A stretch of 53,621 bases of DNA. Origin: a virus. Its lineage: Duplodnaviria; Caudoviricetes. The DNA is taken from IMG/VR virus record IMGVR_UViG_3300028326_000230, positions 1 through 53,621 of that record. One strand, written 5' to 3'. The translations under genes were made by a program, and so were the position numbers. A model generated the notes under the pieces. That model ran no database searches and had not been told where the DNA came from. It was given only the letters and a program-made list of their open reading frames with translations. Below, piece by piece: positions 37,829 through 47,285 of this stretch. Every line of letters begins with the position of its first letter. The stretch's first letter is position 1.

Positions 37829-38670
37829 GCGAGCGCCTGGAAATGCAGTTCGGAGGATCGACCCGTAGGCGCGATATAGCCCGTGGCCACGATCGCGCGC
37901 TTCAGCTCCTTGATGCCGGCTTCATACAAGGCACGGTATCGATCGGTGTTCGGTTTTCCCTCCACGGCGTCTTCTATGGTCTCGAAGGCCATGGTCAGCA
38001 TGCCGTTGACGAGCACGTTGCGCCGCAGTTCACGGGGAATCCCTTCGATCTCCGTGGCCGCGATATTCACGTTTGTTGCGGTTTCGTCGGCAACCGCTTC
38101 CTCGACGGTACACGTGGTTTCGTCCGCTTCCGCGACGGTATAGGCCCCGGCATTCAAGGCACTGTCCGTGTTGAACAGGTCTCCGGCATGGAACCTGGCG
38201 AAGAGCGGCGCCGTGGCGGAAAGTCCCTTGGTCGCGGCCGAGAAGGTGACGCTTCCCGCCACCTGTTCGAGGGTACGCGGCAGTCGGAAATAGCCGAGTA
38301 CCAACGTTTCTTCCGCGTCTGCCTCGGGCCAGAGATGCAACGTGCTGCCGGCTGCGGCCACCACCCGGACCGCGCCGGGCGGTGGACAGCCCAGCCGCAA
38401 CCCCTTGATCTTCGCGGAGGTAGACACGACAAGCGGCACGCCATCGCCGTTTTTCACGGCAAACAGGTCCCGCTGATAATCGCCGGGCAGCGCCACGGAG
38501 GTGGCGCCGGCCGGCACGGTGATGGTTGCCGTTTCCTCCAGGTCGGGCAGGAAAACCCGGGAGGCGGCCAGCCGCAGCATCTCGTTGGCGTAGTCGATCA
38601 GCTCGGGATCGCCGATGTCACACGCCCGCAAAGGCCGCCGCACGGCCGCCAGCAGTTCAGGAAGTCGCAT
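37825..38670 (-). CDS. Phage head-tail adaptor protein
   Basis: LIDYANE...VALPGDY...LHLWPEAD...LGYFRLP...IPRELR pattern of adaptor proteins, with an inserted beta domain. Confidence 0.7.
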   Translation of the reverse strand: MRLPELLAAVRRPLRACDIGDPELIDYANEMLRLAASRVFLPDLEETATITVPAGATSVALPGDYQRDLFAVKNGDGVPLVVSTSAKIKGLRLGCPPPGAVRVVAAAGSTLHLWPEADAEETLVLGYFRLPRTLEQVAGSVTFSAATKGLSATAPLFARFHAGDLFNTDSALNAGAYTVAEADETTCTVEEAVADETATNVNIAATEIEGIPRELRRNVLVNGMLTMAFETIEDAVEGKPNTDRYRALYEAGIKELKRAIVATGYIAPTGRSSELHFQALA

Positions 38671-39022
38671 CGCCTGCGTCCGTCGTGGACGTGGTGGTGC
38701 CCGTCGTGTCCGAACTTTCCGCGCTGTCCGTGGCGCTGGTCGCCACTTCTTCCTGGCCCAACAGGGAGTAGGAAAAACGCCGCCGGCCCGGGACGGCTTT
38801 GACCCCGCCTTGGTCCGCCGCCGTATAACCCCGGATCGCCGCTTTTTCGAGCACTCCCAGGTACGGCTTGGTCAAAAGCACTTCCTTGTCACGCTCGACG
38901 CTGACGATTCTGCCGTTATGGATCAGCTCCACACGGTTCGTGCCACCCGGGCCCGAATCGGAATTGATAACCACCCGGTAGCGCGTTTCAGTCTGGGCCG
39001 TGGTCGTTTCGGTTTTGGCCAT
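38657..39022 (-). CDS. Hypothetical head-region protein
   Basis: 121-aa ORF with RBS GGAGG, downstream of the capsid genes. Confidence 0.7.
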   Translation of the reverse strand: MAKTETTTAQTETRYRVVINSDSGPGGTNRVELIHNGRIVSVERDKEVLLTKPYLGVLEKAAIRGYTAADQGGVKAVPGRRRFSYSLLGQEEVATSATDSAESSDTTGTTTSTTDAGDATS

Positions 39023-39036
39023 CAGAACAAACCTCC

Positions 39037-39501
39037 TTACAGGGTATCACCCGGCACGGCGCCGAACAGGCTGGCATACGTCACCGTAATATTCGTGGCA
39101 TCCAGGGCCGTGGTGCCGGCCACAAATTCCGAAGTCGACGCGTTGGCCACGGTCACGGCGCCCCAGAGACACGCGCCGTCGTCCGGCTCGGGGATCTCGG
39201 TCTCGCCGTCGCCGTCCGCAGTCACGCCGACCACCGAAACCGTCCCATTCGTGGTGATGGTCAAAAACGCCGTTTTCGTGGCCCCGGCCGCCACCGTGCC
39301 CAGCCCGGCCAGGGACAGCGTTGCTTGGGCAGCCTTGCTGCCGAGTTTGCCGTTGATGGCATAGGAAAAGGCCGCCGCCAGGGCATCGGCGCTCCCGGCG
39401 GCCTTGATGCCCAACCCCGGGGCGGTCATCGCCCCGGAGCGCAGATATCCCAGGACGACAACCTGGTCGGCCCGGGGGAATCCATCGATCATGCCATGCA
39501 T
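39037..39501 (-). CDS. Putative head decoration protein
   Basis: Ala/Gly/Thr-rich beta protein (FVAGTTALDA) directly after the major capsid gene. Confidence 0.6.
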   Translation of the reverse strand: MHGMIDGFPRADQVVVLGYLRSGAMTAPGLGIKAAGSADALAAAFSYAINGKLGSKAAQATLSLAGLGTVAAGATKTAFLTITTNGTVSVVGVTADGDGETEIPEPDDGACLWGAVTVANASTSEFVAGTTALDATNITVTYASLFGAVPGDTL

Positions 39502-39510
39502 AGTTGCTCC

Positions 39511-40539
39511 TTATTCGGACACGGCCGCTTCGCCGCGCACGATGTGCAGGTCCTGCAAAATGACCGTAGCGCCCCAGGTCTTGTAGCCGACGCTTCCCCG
39601 CTGCCCGAGCGGATCGGACTTGGACGGTTTGTTGGGCTGCTGGACCAGAATCTCCACCGGCACCACCATTTCGCCCTTGTTGTCGGCGTTCTGCATCCGG
39701 TAGCCCTTGAGGGGTACGTCGGCGTAGGCATTGGCGCCGAGAACCAGGAACGGGTAGACGTCGCATTTGGTGCCGCTGGTCGAAGCCAGCCCCGTGCTGA
39801 CGGCGCCGCCGGCATCCTCGTAGGGCAACAGCAGATTCTGTTCGATAAACCGGATATCCTCGATCGCGCCGATCTCGTTGATGTAGGGAGAGATCCCGGA
39901 ATAGTCCTCGACCGATTTGAAGCCGGCGAGGTCCTGGATGTCCGGAGTCATGGCCGGATGCACGAGACCGATGAAGGCGGGCTTGACCGACACCGTGCCG
40001 TAGGCATTGGAGCTTTTCAGCATCTTGGTGATGCGCGAGGCCCGGGCGATCTTCAAAAACTTGACGATCTTGCGGAGCATCACCTTGGTGACCTTGGTAT
40101 TCACGTCGCTACGGTATGACCCGTTAGCGAACATGACGTTCGTCCCGGACAGAAGGTGGGCGATACGGATGTTTTCGAGCATTTCGCTCGCGGACTCGCC
40201 GAGCAACCCGGAAAATTCCCGCAACACCGGGTCCTCGTGGGTATCCTCGACCACATCCGTAAGTTCAAGCAGATCACCGTACTGGGTAATATCGACGTAG
40301 ATATCGGTAATCTTCACTTTCCCAGCCTTCGGGGTCACACCCTCGAGCAACGGCTTGGGCGTTGATCCCCACGGATATTCGTATCGCCGGAACTTCTGTT
40401 TTTGACTTTTGTTCTTCGGCATGGGCTTGGTCTGCGCAAACAGACTGGTGACCATGTTGACCTTGGCGCGTTCCAGGAATTCTCCCGCAATCATCACCCC
40501 GGTCTCTTCCGAAATGTCACCGTACTTACTGAGGGCCAT
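39511..40539 (-). CDS. Major capsid protein, N4-gp56 family
   Basis: KFRRY...PLLEGVTP...QYGDLLELTD...EIGAIEDIRF...SKSDPLGQRGSVGYK. Confidence 0.93.
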   Translation of the reverse strand: MALSKYGDISEETGVMIAGEFLERAKVNMVTSLFAQTKPMPKNKSQKQKFRRYEYPWGSTPKPLLEGVTPKAGKVKITDIYVDITQYGDLLELTDVVEDTHEDPVLREFSGLLGESASEMLENIRIAHLLSGTNVMFANGSYRSDVNTKVTKVMLRKIVKFLKIARASRITKMLKSSNAYGTVSVKPAFIGLVHPAMTPDIQDLAGFKSVEDYSGISPYINEIGAIEDIRFIEQNLLLPYEDAGGAVSTGLASTSGTKCDVYPFLVLGANAYADVPLKGYRMQNADNKGEMVVPVEILVQQPNKPSKSDPLGQRGSVGYKTWGATVILQDLHIVRGEAAVSE

Positions 40540-40548
40540 ACGATCCTC

Positions 40549-41583
40549 TTATGCGTCTCCATAGACGACATCGTACGCGGCTTTCACGCCGGCCTTCGCA
40601 CTGTCGCGATCGGTCGCCAGACGGGTGGTACGGTTGCTGTCCACCCCTTCGGCGGCCTGAGCGCGACGCCGCGCGGCCGGATCGATAACCGTCTTCGGAG
40701 ATTTCGCTTGCTGCTTGTATTCGGTGAGAAGCGCGTTCACCTGGCTTGCACTGCCTTTTTGCAGTACAGCCACACGGTCAAGCGCCGCTTTGTACGGCAG
40801 GCTTTCGACCCACGTCTTGACGCCGGCCAGATAGGCCTGGGAGGTTTGCACGTCGCCGGGATCGCCCGTGACGAACCCGCGCATTTCAGGATGCGCGCTC
40901 GCGATCCGTTCCAGGTGTTCCTGGCGTGTCCGAGCTTCGGTCTTGGCCTCGACGCCCTTGATGCCCTTGTCCATTTGTGACCGGAGCATCGCCTGATCCA
41001 GGCACAGGGCCGCCATATCCGGTCCCGCGTCCCGCAACAGCCGGCGGGCGCGATCGCCAACCGCGCCGGCCAAGCGCAACGCCTGGGACAGGTCTGGATA
41101 GAGGGAATCGAACTCGGCTGCGTCCGAGGCCAGGCTTTCCGGGATCTCCACGACGGCCGGTTTTTCCGTGGCATTCGGCGTCGCATCCGGAGGCGTTGCG
41201 GGTTTTTTATCCCGCAGTTCGGTCACCTGGTCGTTTGCCGCCTTGAGGCGTCCTTCCATGGTGCGCAACTGCTGGCGCAGCCGCTCCACCTCGTCGTCTC
41301 CGGCGGGACCAGGTTCGGACGACGGGGACTCTTCCGAGGTTTCGCCGTCAGGCGTCTCGTCGGGACCAGGTTCGGGGGCAACGGCAGATTCGTTTTCGTC
41401 CTCCGCATCGGTTTCCGACGTCGTCCCTTCTTCCGAAGCCTGCGACGGCTTCGGTTGTGGCGCATCCGGGAGCGTAGGACTCTCTTCCCTGGAGGAGGTT
41501 GTGTCATCCCCGTAGACTGCATCCAAAGCCGTATCGAGGGCCGTGCTTTCTTCCTGCGTCATATCCTGCTTCTCACCAGCCAT
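40549..41583 (-). CDS. Putative capsid scaffolding protein
   Basis: Acidic disordered N-terminus, coiled coil (LRTMEGRL), IASAHPE; immediately upstream of the major capsid gene. Confidence 0.75.
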   Translation of the reverse strand: MAGEKQDMTQEESTALDTALDAVYGDDTTSSREESPTLPDAPQPKPSQASEEGTTSETDAEDENESAVAPEPGPDETPDGETSEESPSSEPGPAGDDEVERLRQQLRTMEGRLKAANDQVTELRDKKPATPPDATPNATEKPAVVEIPESLASDAAEFDSLYPDLSQALRLAGAVGDRARRLLRDAGPDMAALCLDQAMLRSQMDKGIKGVEAKTEARTRQEHLERIASAHPEMRGFVTGDPGDVQTSQAYLAGVKTWVESLPYKAALDRVAVLQKGSASQVNALLTEYKQQAKSPKTVIDPAARRRAQAAEGVDSNRTTRLATDRDSAKAGVKAAYDVVYGDA

Positions 41584-41652
41584 AAGTCCTCCAGTTGCGC
41601 CAGGTGCCGTTTCTTCCGGGCCTGGTCCGTCGGGTCCCTTGCGGGAAGCCGT

Positions 41653-41880
41653 TTATGATTGCCCGTCTTCTTCGCGCTTCCGCTCGGAAGTCAGGGACTT
41701 TTTCAATCCGCGCAAAGCTTCGATCCGGCCCTGCACACGTCGGAATTTGTCCACATCGCAGTTTTCCAGCTTTGTACGGGCCTGGTCGATTTTCACATCA
41801 ATCAGATCCATGAACGCCTGAAAACAGGGACTCAATTTGAATTCCGACAAACGGAACAAGCAGTCATCCTCACCCGTCAT
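41653..41880 (-). CDS. Small helical phage protein
   Basis: FRRVQGRIEALRGL pattern typical of small genes between portal and scaffold; start at ATG 41880. Confidence 0.7.
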   Translation of the reverse strand: MTGEDDCLFRLSEFKLSPCFQAFMDLIDVKIDQARTKLENCDVDKFRRVQGRIEALRGLKKSLTSERKREEDGQS

Positions 41881-42202
41881 CGCCGTACACCTTGCCGAAT
41901 GCCTCGGACACGCGATCGGACTTTGTCTGCAAATCCATGGACTCGATCTGCAACGAAACGCTCGTCTCTTCCTTGCCGCCTTCATCCCTGGATGTGACGG
42001 AGGTACATTTTGCCTTGCACAACAAAAAGACATACCCGCCGGACTTGAAATCGCTTTGCGTCCGACCGAGCTTTTTCAGGGACTGATTGTCGAGACACAG
42101 CCCCAGCCCCCAGGGATACTTGCCTTCGTCCAGGGCCATAGGCTTTTCCCGGCCATTCTTCTCGGACTTGGTCAAAGCCATGTTGGTCAGCTTCATGCTC
42201 AT
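41870..42202 (-). CDS. Capsid staple-like protein
   Basis: LTNMAL...YPWGLGLCLDNQSLKKLG...SVSLQIESMDL. Confidence 0.7.
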   Translation of the reverse strand: MSMKLTNMALTKSEKNGREKPMALDEGKYPWGLGLCLDNQSLKKLGRTQSDFKSGGYVFLLCKAKCTSVTSRDEGGKEETSVSLQIESMDLQTKSDRVSEAFGKVYGDDG

Positions 42203-44196
42203 GCCGCCACCTCCAGACCCTGGGCAGGGAGCGCCTGGGGCTGCTGCGCCGGACCAGGCGTGGCCTGGCCCTGCGAAAGTTCGGTCAAAACCTGGGCAAG
42301 CAACTGTTGCAGGGACTGATCCGGAGGGATGCCACGCGAATTCATCTCGTCGAGCAAGGTTTGGAGCTTCGACTGTTGCTCGGCGGAAACCTGCATCTGC
42401 ATTTGCTTTTGCTTGTTCTGCTCAATGGTTGCATCGTCGAAAATAATGCCTTCCGGAATCTCCATGGAAACGGCAATCGCACGAAGTGCCTTTTGCACGT
42501 TCGTCATCATCAGAAGATCAGGGCTCTGCATGACGATTTGCAGGAATTGAATAAGCCGTTGCGACTGGACTTCCTTGGCCATGAGCGCCGTGGAACCAAG
42601 AGCCTTGATGTTGTAATCGCCCTTGATATCCGCCCGGGAATTGAAATCCATGTTCCAGTGATAGAGCGCGGTGATAAACCGCGAGGTCACGTCGTCGTCG
42701 AAGATCTTGATCATCTCGGCCAGGTTGACCGACATGGCGGACATGAGCATGGACAGGCCGCCCAAGGTCTTGGCGGCATCGGAGACCTTGCCGTCGCCAT
42801 TGACCCAGCGTGGAACGGTCTGGTTGTCTCCGGCATCCTCAAAGGCCTTGAGCATGGCCAGCAGATCGGGAATGCGGCTTTGGGCCTGGAAAAACGCGAT
42901 CGCGCCCTTCATGTCGTCCGTGTCCTCAAACTTCAGGATCTTGAACGCATGCAGGCTTCCCGGATCATCGCTTTGGGATAGGGCCGTGGTATTCACCCCG
43001 ACAATGGGGCCGGCACTGATCGAAGCATTATCGATCATGGCCCGGACAATGGCGGCATAGGCCTCTTGCTGGTGCCGCATGATGCGCGGGATACTTTCGC
43101 CGCACAGTCCGGATTCGTCTTTGGAAAGACAAAAGATTTGGTAGGGATAATCCACGCCGCGCAACGGGGCGCGCACGGCTTTGATGATGCGGTCGCCGAG
43201 CAGCCAAACGTTGCAGAAATAGTCTTCTTCCAGGGGATCGTCGCCCATCTCGACGCCACATTCCTGGAGTTCATCCCCACGCAACCAGCCCCAGCGCTCC
43301 ACCACGCGGAACCGATTCTTGATTTGACGGCTGTTATTCTTGTCACCCAACAGCCGCAATTCCGACTCATAGGTGCGCTCGACCGCGTCCCCATCCCGGT
43401 TTTGCTGCAAGTACTCCCGGATCACGCCCCCGAAAAACGACTTCCGTTTGGCCAGGTCCACAACCTCGCCATACACCATCAGATATTCTTCCCAGAAACG
43501 CCGGCAGGACTGCAGGTCCTTGGCTGTCATATCCCAGAAGACGTTCCAGACGACCACATCCCGGAAATAGGGGCGCAGCTCGACCGGAGACTCGTCGAGC
43601 ACCCAGGCTTCCCGGGTTTCGGCCAGACCGCCCGCACCGGTGGCCGCAATGGCTTTGAGCTTCCACGTCTTGCGCGTGCGCTCATCGACCAGAGGTCCTT
43701 TATGCACGCCCATGCCGTACATCGCGGCCGAACGAACAACCTTGCGCATGGTCGCCCGATAACCGGACTTGTCCGGGGCTTCGGCCAGCTGGTCGGCCAT
43801 AACCTTGGTCATGGCATCAATGCGCTGTTTTACCACGGCATCGAGCAGGGTCTTTGCCGCCGCGTCTCCCTGCATCTGCCGCACGGTATCGACCAGCCCC
43901 ATGACATCCTGGCCAAGATATGGCTCCGGCGTGGCCTGAATCTCCCAGTTCCGATCGCCAGCCCGAGGGAAAAGGATGTCCATCAACCGCGCCACAACCG
44001 TATCCGCTTTCACCTTGGCGGTACGGAAATAGATCCGGCTTCGTCCCTCCTCGAAATGCATGCCGGGGTCATAGATGCCCATGTACATGCGGTAGTCTTC
44101 CAACCACCGCCGTTCGAGGGGTTCCCGATCGCGCTGATCCTCCTTAAGTTCGGCAACCAGGCGTTGCGCCAGACCAGGGAGCTTTTCTTCAGCCAC
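42199..44196 (-). CDS. Portal protein
   Basis: RWLEDYRMYMGIYDP...ARLMDILFP..DRNW...TLGGLSMLM...KGDYNIKALG; 665 aa with a Gln-rich tail. Confidence 0.88.
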   Translation of the reverse strand: MAEEKLPGLAQRLVAELKEDQRDREPLERRWLEDYRMYMGIYDPGMHFEEGRSRIYFRTAKVKADTVVARLMDILFPRAGDRNWEIQATPEPYLGQDVMGLVDTVRQMQGDAAAKTLLDAVVKQRIDAMTKVMADQLAEAPDKSGYRATMRKVVRSAAMYGMGVHKGPLVDERTRKTWKLKAIAATGAGGLAETREAWVLDESPVELRPYFRDVVVWNVFWDMTAKDLQSCRRFWEEYLMVYGEVVDLAKRKSFFGGVIREYLQQNRDGDAVERTYESELRLLGDKNNSRQIKNRFRVVERWGWLRGDELQECGVEMGDDPLEEDYFCNVWLLGDRIIKAVRAPLRGVDYPYQIFCLSKDESGLCGESIPRIMRHQQEAYAAIVRAMIDNASISAGPIVGVNTTALSQSDDPGSLHAFKILKFEDTDDMKGAIAFFQAQSRIPDLLAMLKAFEDAGDNQTVPRWVNGDGKVSDAAKTLGGLSMLMSAMSVNLAEMIKIFDDDVTSRFITALYHWNMDFNSRADIKGDYNIKALGSTALMAKEVQSQRLIQFLQIVMQSPDLLMMTNVQKALRAIAVSMEIPEGIIFDDATIEQNKQKQMQMQVSAEQQSKLQTLLDEMNSRGIPPDQSLQQLLAQVLTELSQGQATPGPAQQPQALPAQGLEVAA

Positions 44197-44683
44197 GTGG
44201 TGCCCCCTTTTCCTGCTTGCCCGTGAACACCGTGCAATCCCGATAATCCTTCAGGCGTTGGATGAGCTTTTGCGGAAGGGGCACACCGCACGCGCGCAAA
44301 TGTCCCAGGATGGACAGGGTCTCGTTTATGGCCAGATACATGACCATGCCGGCCCGGAAATCGATATGCAGCAAGGCTTCGGCCTTGACGTTGAGCACAC
44401 CGTCAAGCGTACTGGCCGCAAGGATAGCGGCCGCGTACAAAAAAAACTTCGCCAGCCCACGGCGGAACTTACGTCCCGACAAGCAATCGTCCATCCATCC
44501 CCGGGCAAAACCGAGGGCGAAATCCAGACACATCAAAAGGAAAAGTCCGCTCGCCAGTTTGTCCCATCCGCCAATACAGCTCAGCACCATGGCCAGCACG
44601 CCGGATACCGCCCCTTTCCCGAGCCATCCGGCGAGCAGATCGCGGAACACCTCGGTCAGATATTCCCTGGCCGTGCCCCACAT
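44189..44683 (-). CDS. Phage holin family protein (holin_4-like)
   Basis: IGGWD...LMCLDFALG...SGRKFRRGLAKF...NETLSILGHL..CGVPLP; start at ATG 44683 (coupled). Confidence 0.85.
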   Translation of the reverse strand: MWGTAREYLTEVFRDLLAGWLGKGAVSGVLAMVLSCIGGWDKLASGLFLLMCLDFALGFARGWMDDCLSGRKFRRGLAKFFLYAAAILAASTLDGVLNVKAEALLHIDFRAGMVMYLAINETLSILGHLRACGVPLPQKLIQRLKDYRDCTVFTGKQEKGAPRG

Positions 44684-45567
44684 CAGGCGGCCTCCACCAG
44701 TTGCAATGCCTGTGTCGCCTCGGCGCTTTCCGCCAGCCGCCTGGCGGCCAGACGCATCACCGCAAAGGCCCGTGCGTCCGTGGCGTCCATGGGCACATCC
44801 TCGGGCAGCTCGACCTGCAACCGGACATAATTGCTCCCCAGCCAGGACCGGCACAGCTGGTGCGCCAACTCGGCCTGGCCGGAAAAGATGATGTCGAGCA
44901 GATGCGGCGCCCATTGCGCGGCGCCAAAGTTCACGGCCTCATGCAGTGCGATCGGCCGCTCTCTCCGACCCGTACCAATGGAAACAAGAAAATGGGGCCC
45001 TTCGGCCTCGCTGAAAGCCAGAAGCGACGGATTGTTGGCCACCACCCCGCCATCCACACAGGCCAGGATGCGACCGGAGAGGTCAGGAATGGCGAAGGGC
45101 TCGAAGTAGCACGGTGCGGCCGAGGTGGCCCGGGCCACGTCGGCCAATCGGTAATCGGCATTCCCCCAAGACCGGAACAGCACGGTTTCGCGCTGCTCGA
45201 TGTCGTAGGCCACAGCCATGGACCGCGTTTCGACGTCGGACAGACGCCGATCCCCGAACAGGTCCGCCAGGGCAAGTTCCAACTCCCCGGCATCGTACAG
45301 CTCGTCGGCCAGCCCTCCGAGGGATTCCAGCCGCTTTTTGAGCGAGCGCGAAAAGATCGCCGGGCCGCGTTCCTGGTAAAACTCGGCCAAACACATGGCC
45401 GGGATGCCGGCGGCCAGCCCCAGGGCCACGATACCGCCGGTACTCGTGCCGGCGATAAAATCGAAGTGCTTGGCGACCGACTGGCCGGTCCGCGTCTCGA
45501 AGGCGGCCAGGACCAGGGCTGGAATCAGCCCACGGATGCCGCCACCGTCAATGGACAAAATCTTCAC
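44683..45567 (-). CDS. Patatin-like phospholipase (CapV-like)
   Basis: ILSIDGGGIRG, AGTSTGG (catalytic Ser), ATSAAP and VDGGVVANNP; GTG start at 45567 (GTGA overlap). Confidence 0.92.
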   Translation of the reverse strand: MKILSIDGGGIRGLIPALVLAAFETRTGQSVAKHFDFIAGTSTGGIVALGLAAGIPAMCLAEFYQERGPAIFSRSLKKRLESLGGLADELYDAGELELALADLFGDRRLSDVETRSMAVAYDIEQRETVLFRSWGNADYRLADVARATSAAPCYFEPFAIPDLSGRILACVDGGVVANNPSLLAFSEAEGPHFLVSIGTGRRERPIALHEAVNFGAAQWAPHLLDIIFSGQAELAHQLCRSWLGSNYVRLQVELPEDVPMDATDARAFAVMRLAARRLAESAEATQALQLVEAA

Positions 45568-45992
45568 GGCTTTGCTTCCTGTTTTCCGATAGGGACATCC
45601 ATCCGTGCCTGGTCCATCTGACGCTTCCGGTCTTCTTGAATCCGCGCCGCTTGATCGCTCAGGGAATTCAAATTTGCTTGGATCTCTTGCAGTAGGTATT
45701 GCCCCGAAGCCTGCGGCACGACGTCCGTAACTTGGCCGGACACCGTCAAAAGCGGCCCGCTGGCCTTGCCCCGAAAATAGAGCAGCAGCCAAACCAGGGC
45801 CGACGCGGCGGCGAACAAGACGGGGGCAGTCAAGGGAATGGTCCACAGCGTGGCGTCATCCACGCTGATATTGAGCGCATGGGTCTTGCCCGAGGCCATG
45901 AGGATGACCACACCATTGAGCAACCATTGCGCGATACCGACCCAGACCGTCCGGGACCGGACGTAGGCCTTGGCTATGTCCTTAGCGGGCAT
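45564..45992 (-). CDS. Two-TM membrane protein (holin/antiholin-like)
   Basis: YVRSRTVWVG followed by two hydrophobic segments and a C-terminal coiled coil. Confidence 0.6.
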   Translation of the reverse strand: MPAKDIAKAYVRSRTVWVGIAQWLLNGVVILMASGKTHALNISVDDATLWTIPLTAPVLFAAASALVWLLLYFRGKASGPLLTVSGQVTDVVPQASGQYLLQEIQANLNSLSDQAARIQEDRKRQMDQARMDVPIGKQEAKP

Positions 45993-46521
45993 GACCGGCC
46001 TCGACCGGGACACCCGGGCCCATGGTCCAGACATCGATCGGCGCGGCCGCTCCGGCCACGGCCAGCTTGAGCTTGTCCAGAAACCGGGCATCCCCGGGTC
46101 GCTCCAGGATCAGGACGATACCGGCATGCTTGCCGGTCGCCTCGGCATAGGCCAGGGCTTGGCCAACGGATTCGGCCCACTTGGGCGCGAAATCGAATTC
46201 GATGGCGTGGGTGTCCGTCTCGCAATCGACCCGCAGCCCTGCACGCGGAACGGTTTCCATGGCGCCGCCCTGCTCACTGCACCAGATCGCCTGGTACCAA
46301 TGCTCGGGATGAACGTGCTTTGCCTGGGCGGAAGTGGCGCAGGAGGCGATCACCAACCCCGTGGCCAGGGCGACGAGCGCCACGCGCGGCCGCCGGTAGA
46401 CCCATTCCCACACCGCGCTGACGCGCAGGGCCAGATTGCTGGACAGACCGCAATCCATCAGACGGCAGTAGAAATGCTGGGGGTTGAACACGTGCTGGAA
46501 GAAATTGCGCAGCTTACGCAT
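45982..46521 (-). CDS. Membrane-anchored protein with a PD-(D/E)XK-like domain
   Basis: TM/lipobox-like segment (VALVALATGLVIASC), then RVDCETDTHAIEFDF..KWAESVGQALAY; start at ATG 46521. Confidence 0.65.
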   Translation of the reverse strand: MRKLRNFFQHVFNPQHFYCRLMDCGLSSNLALRVSAVWEWVYRRPRVALVALATGLVIASCATSAQAKHVHPEHWYQAIWCSEQGGAMETVPRAGLRVDCETDTHAIEFDFAPKWAESVGQALAYAEATGKHAGIVLILERPGDARFLDKLKLAVAGAAAPIDVWTMGPGVPVEAGHAR

Positions 46522-47110
46522 CGGGAAGCCTCCCACCCGGGATTTGTGCCCGGATCTTGTCCACGTACTCGGGATTGGTATTGTGGGTGGCGGCGTAGGG
46601 ACCGCCGTTGTAGGCGCGCAGCACTCCAGGCCAGCCCAGGCTTCCCAGGTAGCGTTTGGCATAGGCCGCCAGATGCTTGCAGCCGATGTTCACGTTGAGG
46701 ACGGGATCATGAAGGGCATTCAGGAACCGGCCCGTGAAACCACGCTCCCGGGCCACGGCGCCCATGATCTGCATGAGCCCCCAGGACGCTTGCTGGCCCC
46801 ACCATTCGGCGTCCGGATCAACGCCGGCACTGGCGGCCCGGAAATCCGTGGGCGGCACCTTGGCCGCGACCTCGGCGCTCGTGACGGCTCGAAACGGCGT
46901 ATTCTTGCGGACATCCCAGAACCACCGGTAGCGGGGTTCGGGATTCCAGGCCCAGACATCGCCGCCCCCGGATTCGTGCAGGACCACGCCGCGCACGAGC
47001 GGAAACGGCAACGCCCATTGCTGGGCGCATTCGGCAACGATCTGATCCAACTGTCCGGGAGTGAGGACGAAAAGGGGGGACATGGCGGCCTCCGTGTTGG
47101 TGGCCGCCAT
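46514..47110 (-). CDS. Lytic transglycosylase (SLT) endolysin
   Basis: VVLHESGG (catalytic Glu), SWGLMQIM, AYNGG, EYVDKI. Confidence 0.88.
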   Translation of the reverse strand: MAATNTEAAMSPLFVLTPGQLDQIVAECAQQWALPFPLVRGVVLHESGGGDVWAWNPEPRYRWFWDVRKNTPFRAVTSAEVAAKVPPTDFRAASAGVDPDAEWWGQQASWGLMQIMGAVARERGFTGRFLNALHDPVLNVNIGCKHLAAYAKRYLGSLGWPGVLRAYNGGPYAATHNTNPEYVDKIRAQIPGGRLPDA

Positions 47111-47208
47111 GTCCGGGAGGATGAGGCTCTACCGAGAGAGAAGAAACGGTGGGCGGCCGTTCAGGCCTCCCTGTTAGCACGGGTTTTTCAGATTCCCGGC
47201 CGGTGATA

Positions 47209-47270
47209 CGGAATTGGCAGGGAATGAACGGGAGTCGCTAGGGGATTGCTAGGGAATTGACTATGAATTT
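47209..47270. promoter_or_regulatory. Helically phased direct repeats (GGGAATTG-like, six copies) upstream of the lysis/structural operon
   Basis: Units start at 47209, 47220, 47230, 47241, 47252 and 47263 (spacing 10-11 bp). Confidence 0.6.
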
Positions 47271-47285
47271 TTTCTTGACAGAAAT

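Noticed and set aside
44683-45567. CBASS system
   Set aside because: No CD-NTase, Cap2 or Cap3 nearby; the patatin is embedded in the lysis cassette.
47177-47193. Gapped match of the array dinucleotides (AT.TG.AA.AA.CG.GG) to minus-strand ATcTGaAAaACcCGtGC in the late-promoter region (10/12)
   Set aside because: Several matches of this quality are expected by chance in a two-strand 53-kb search, and the flanking dinucleotides do not match. The location is intriguing but is not evidence.
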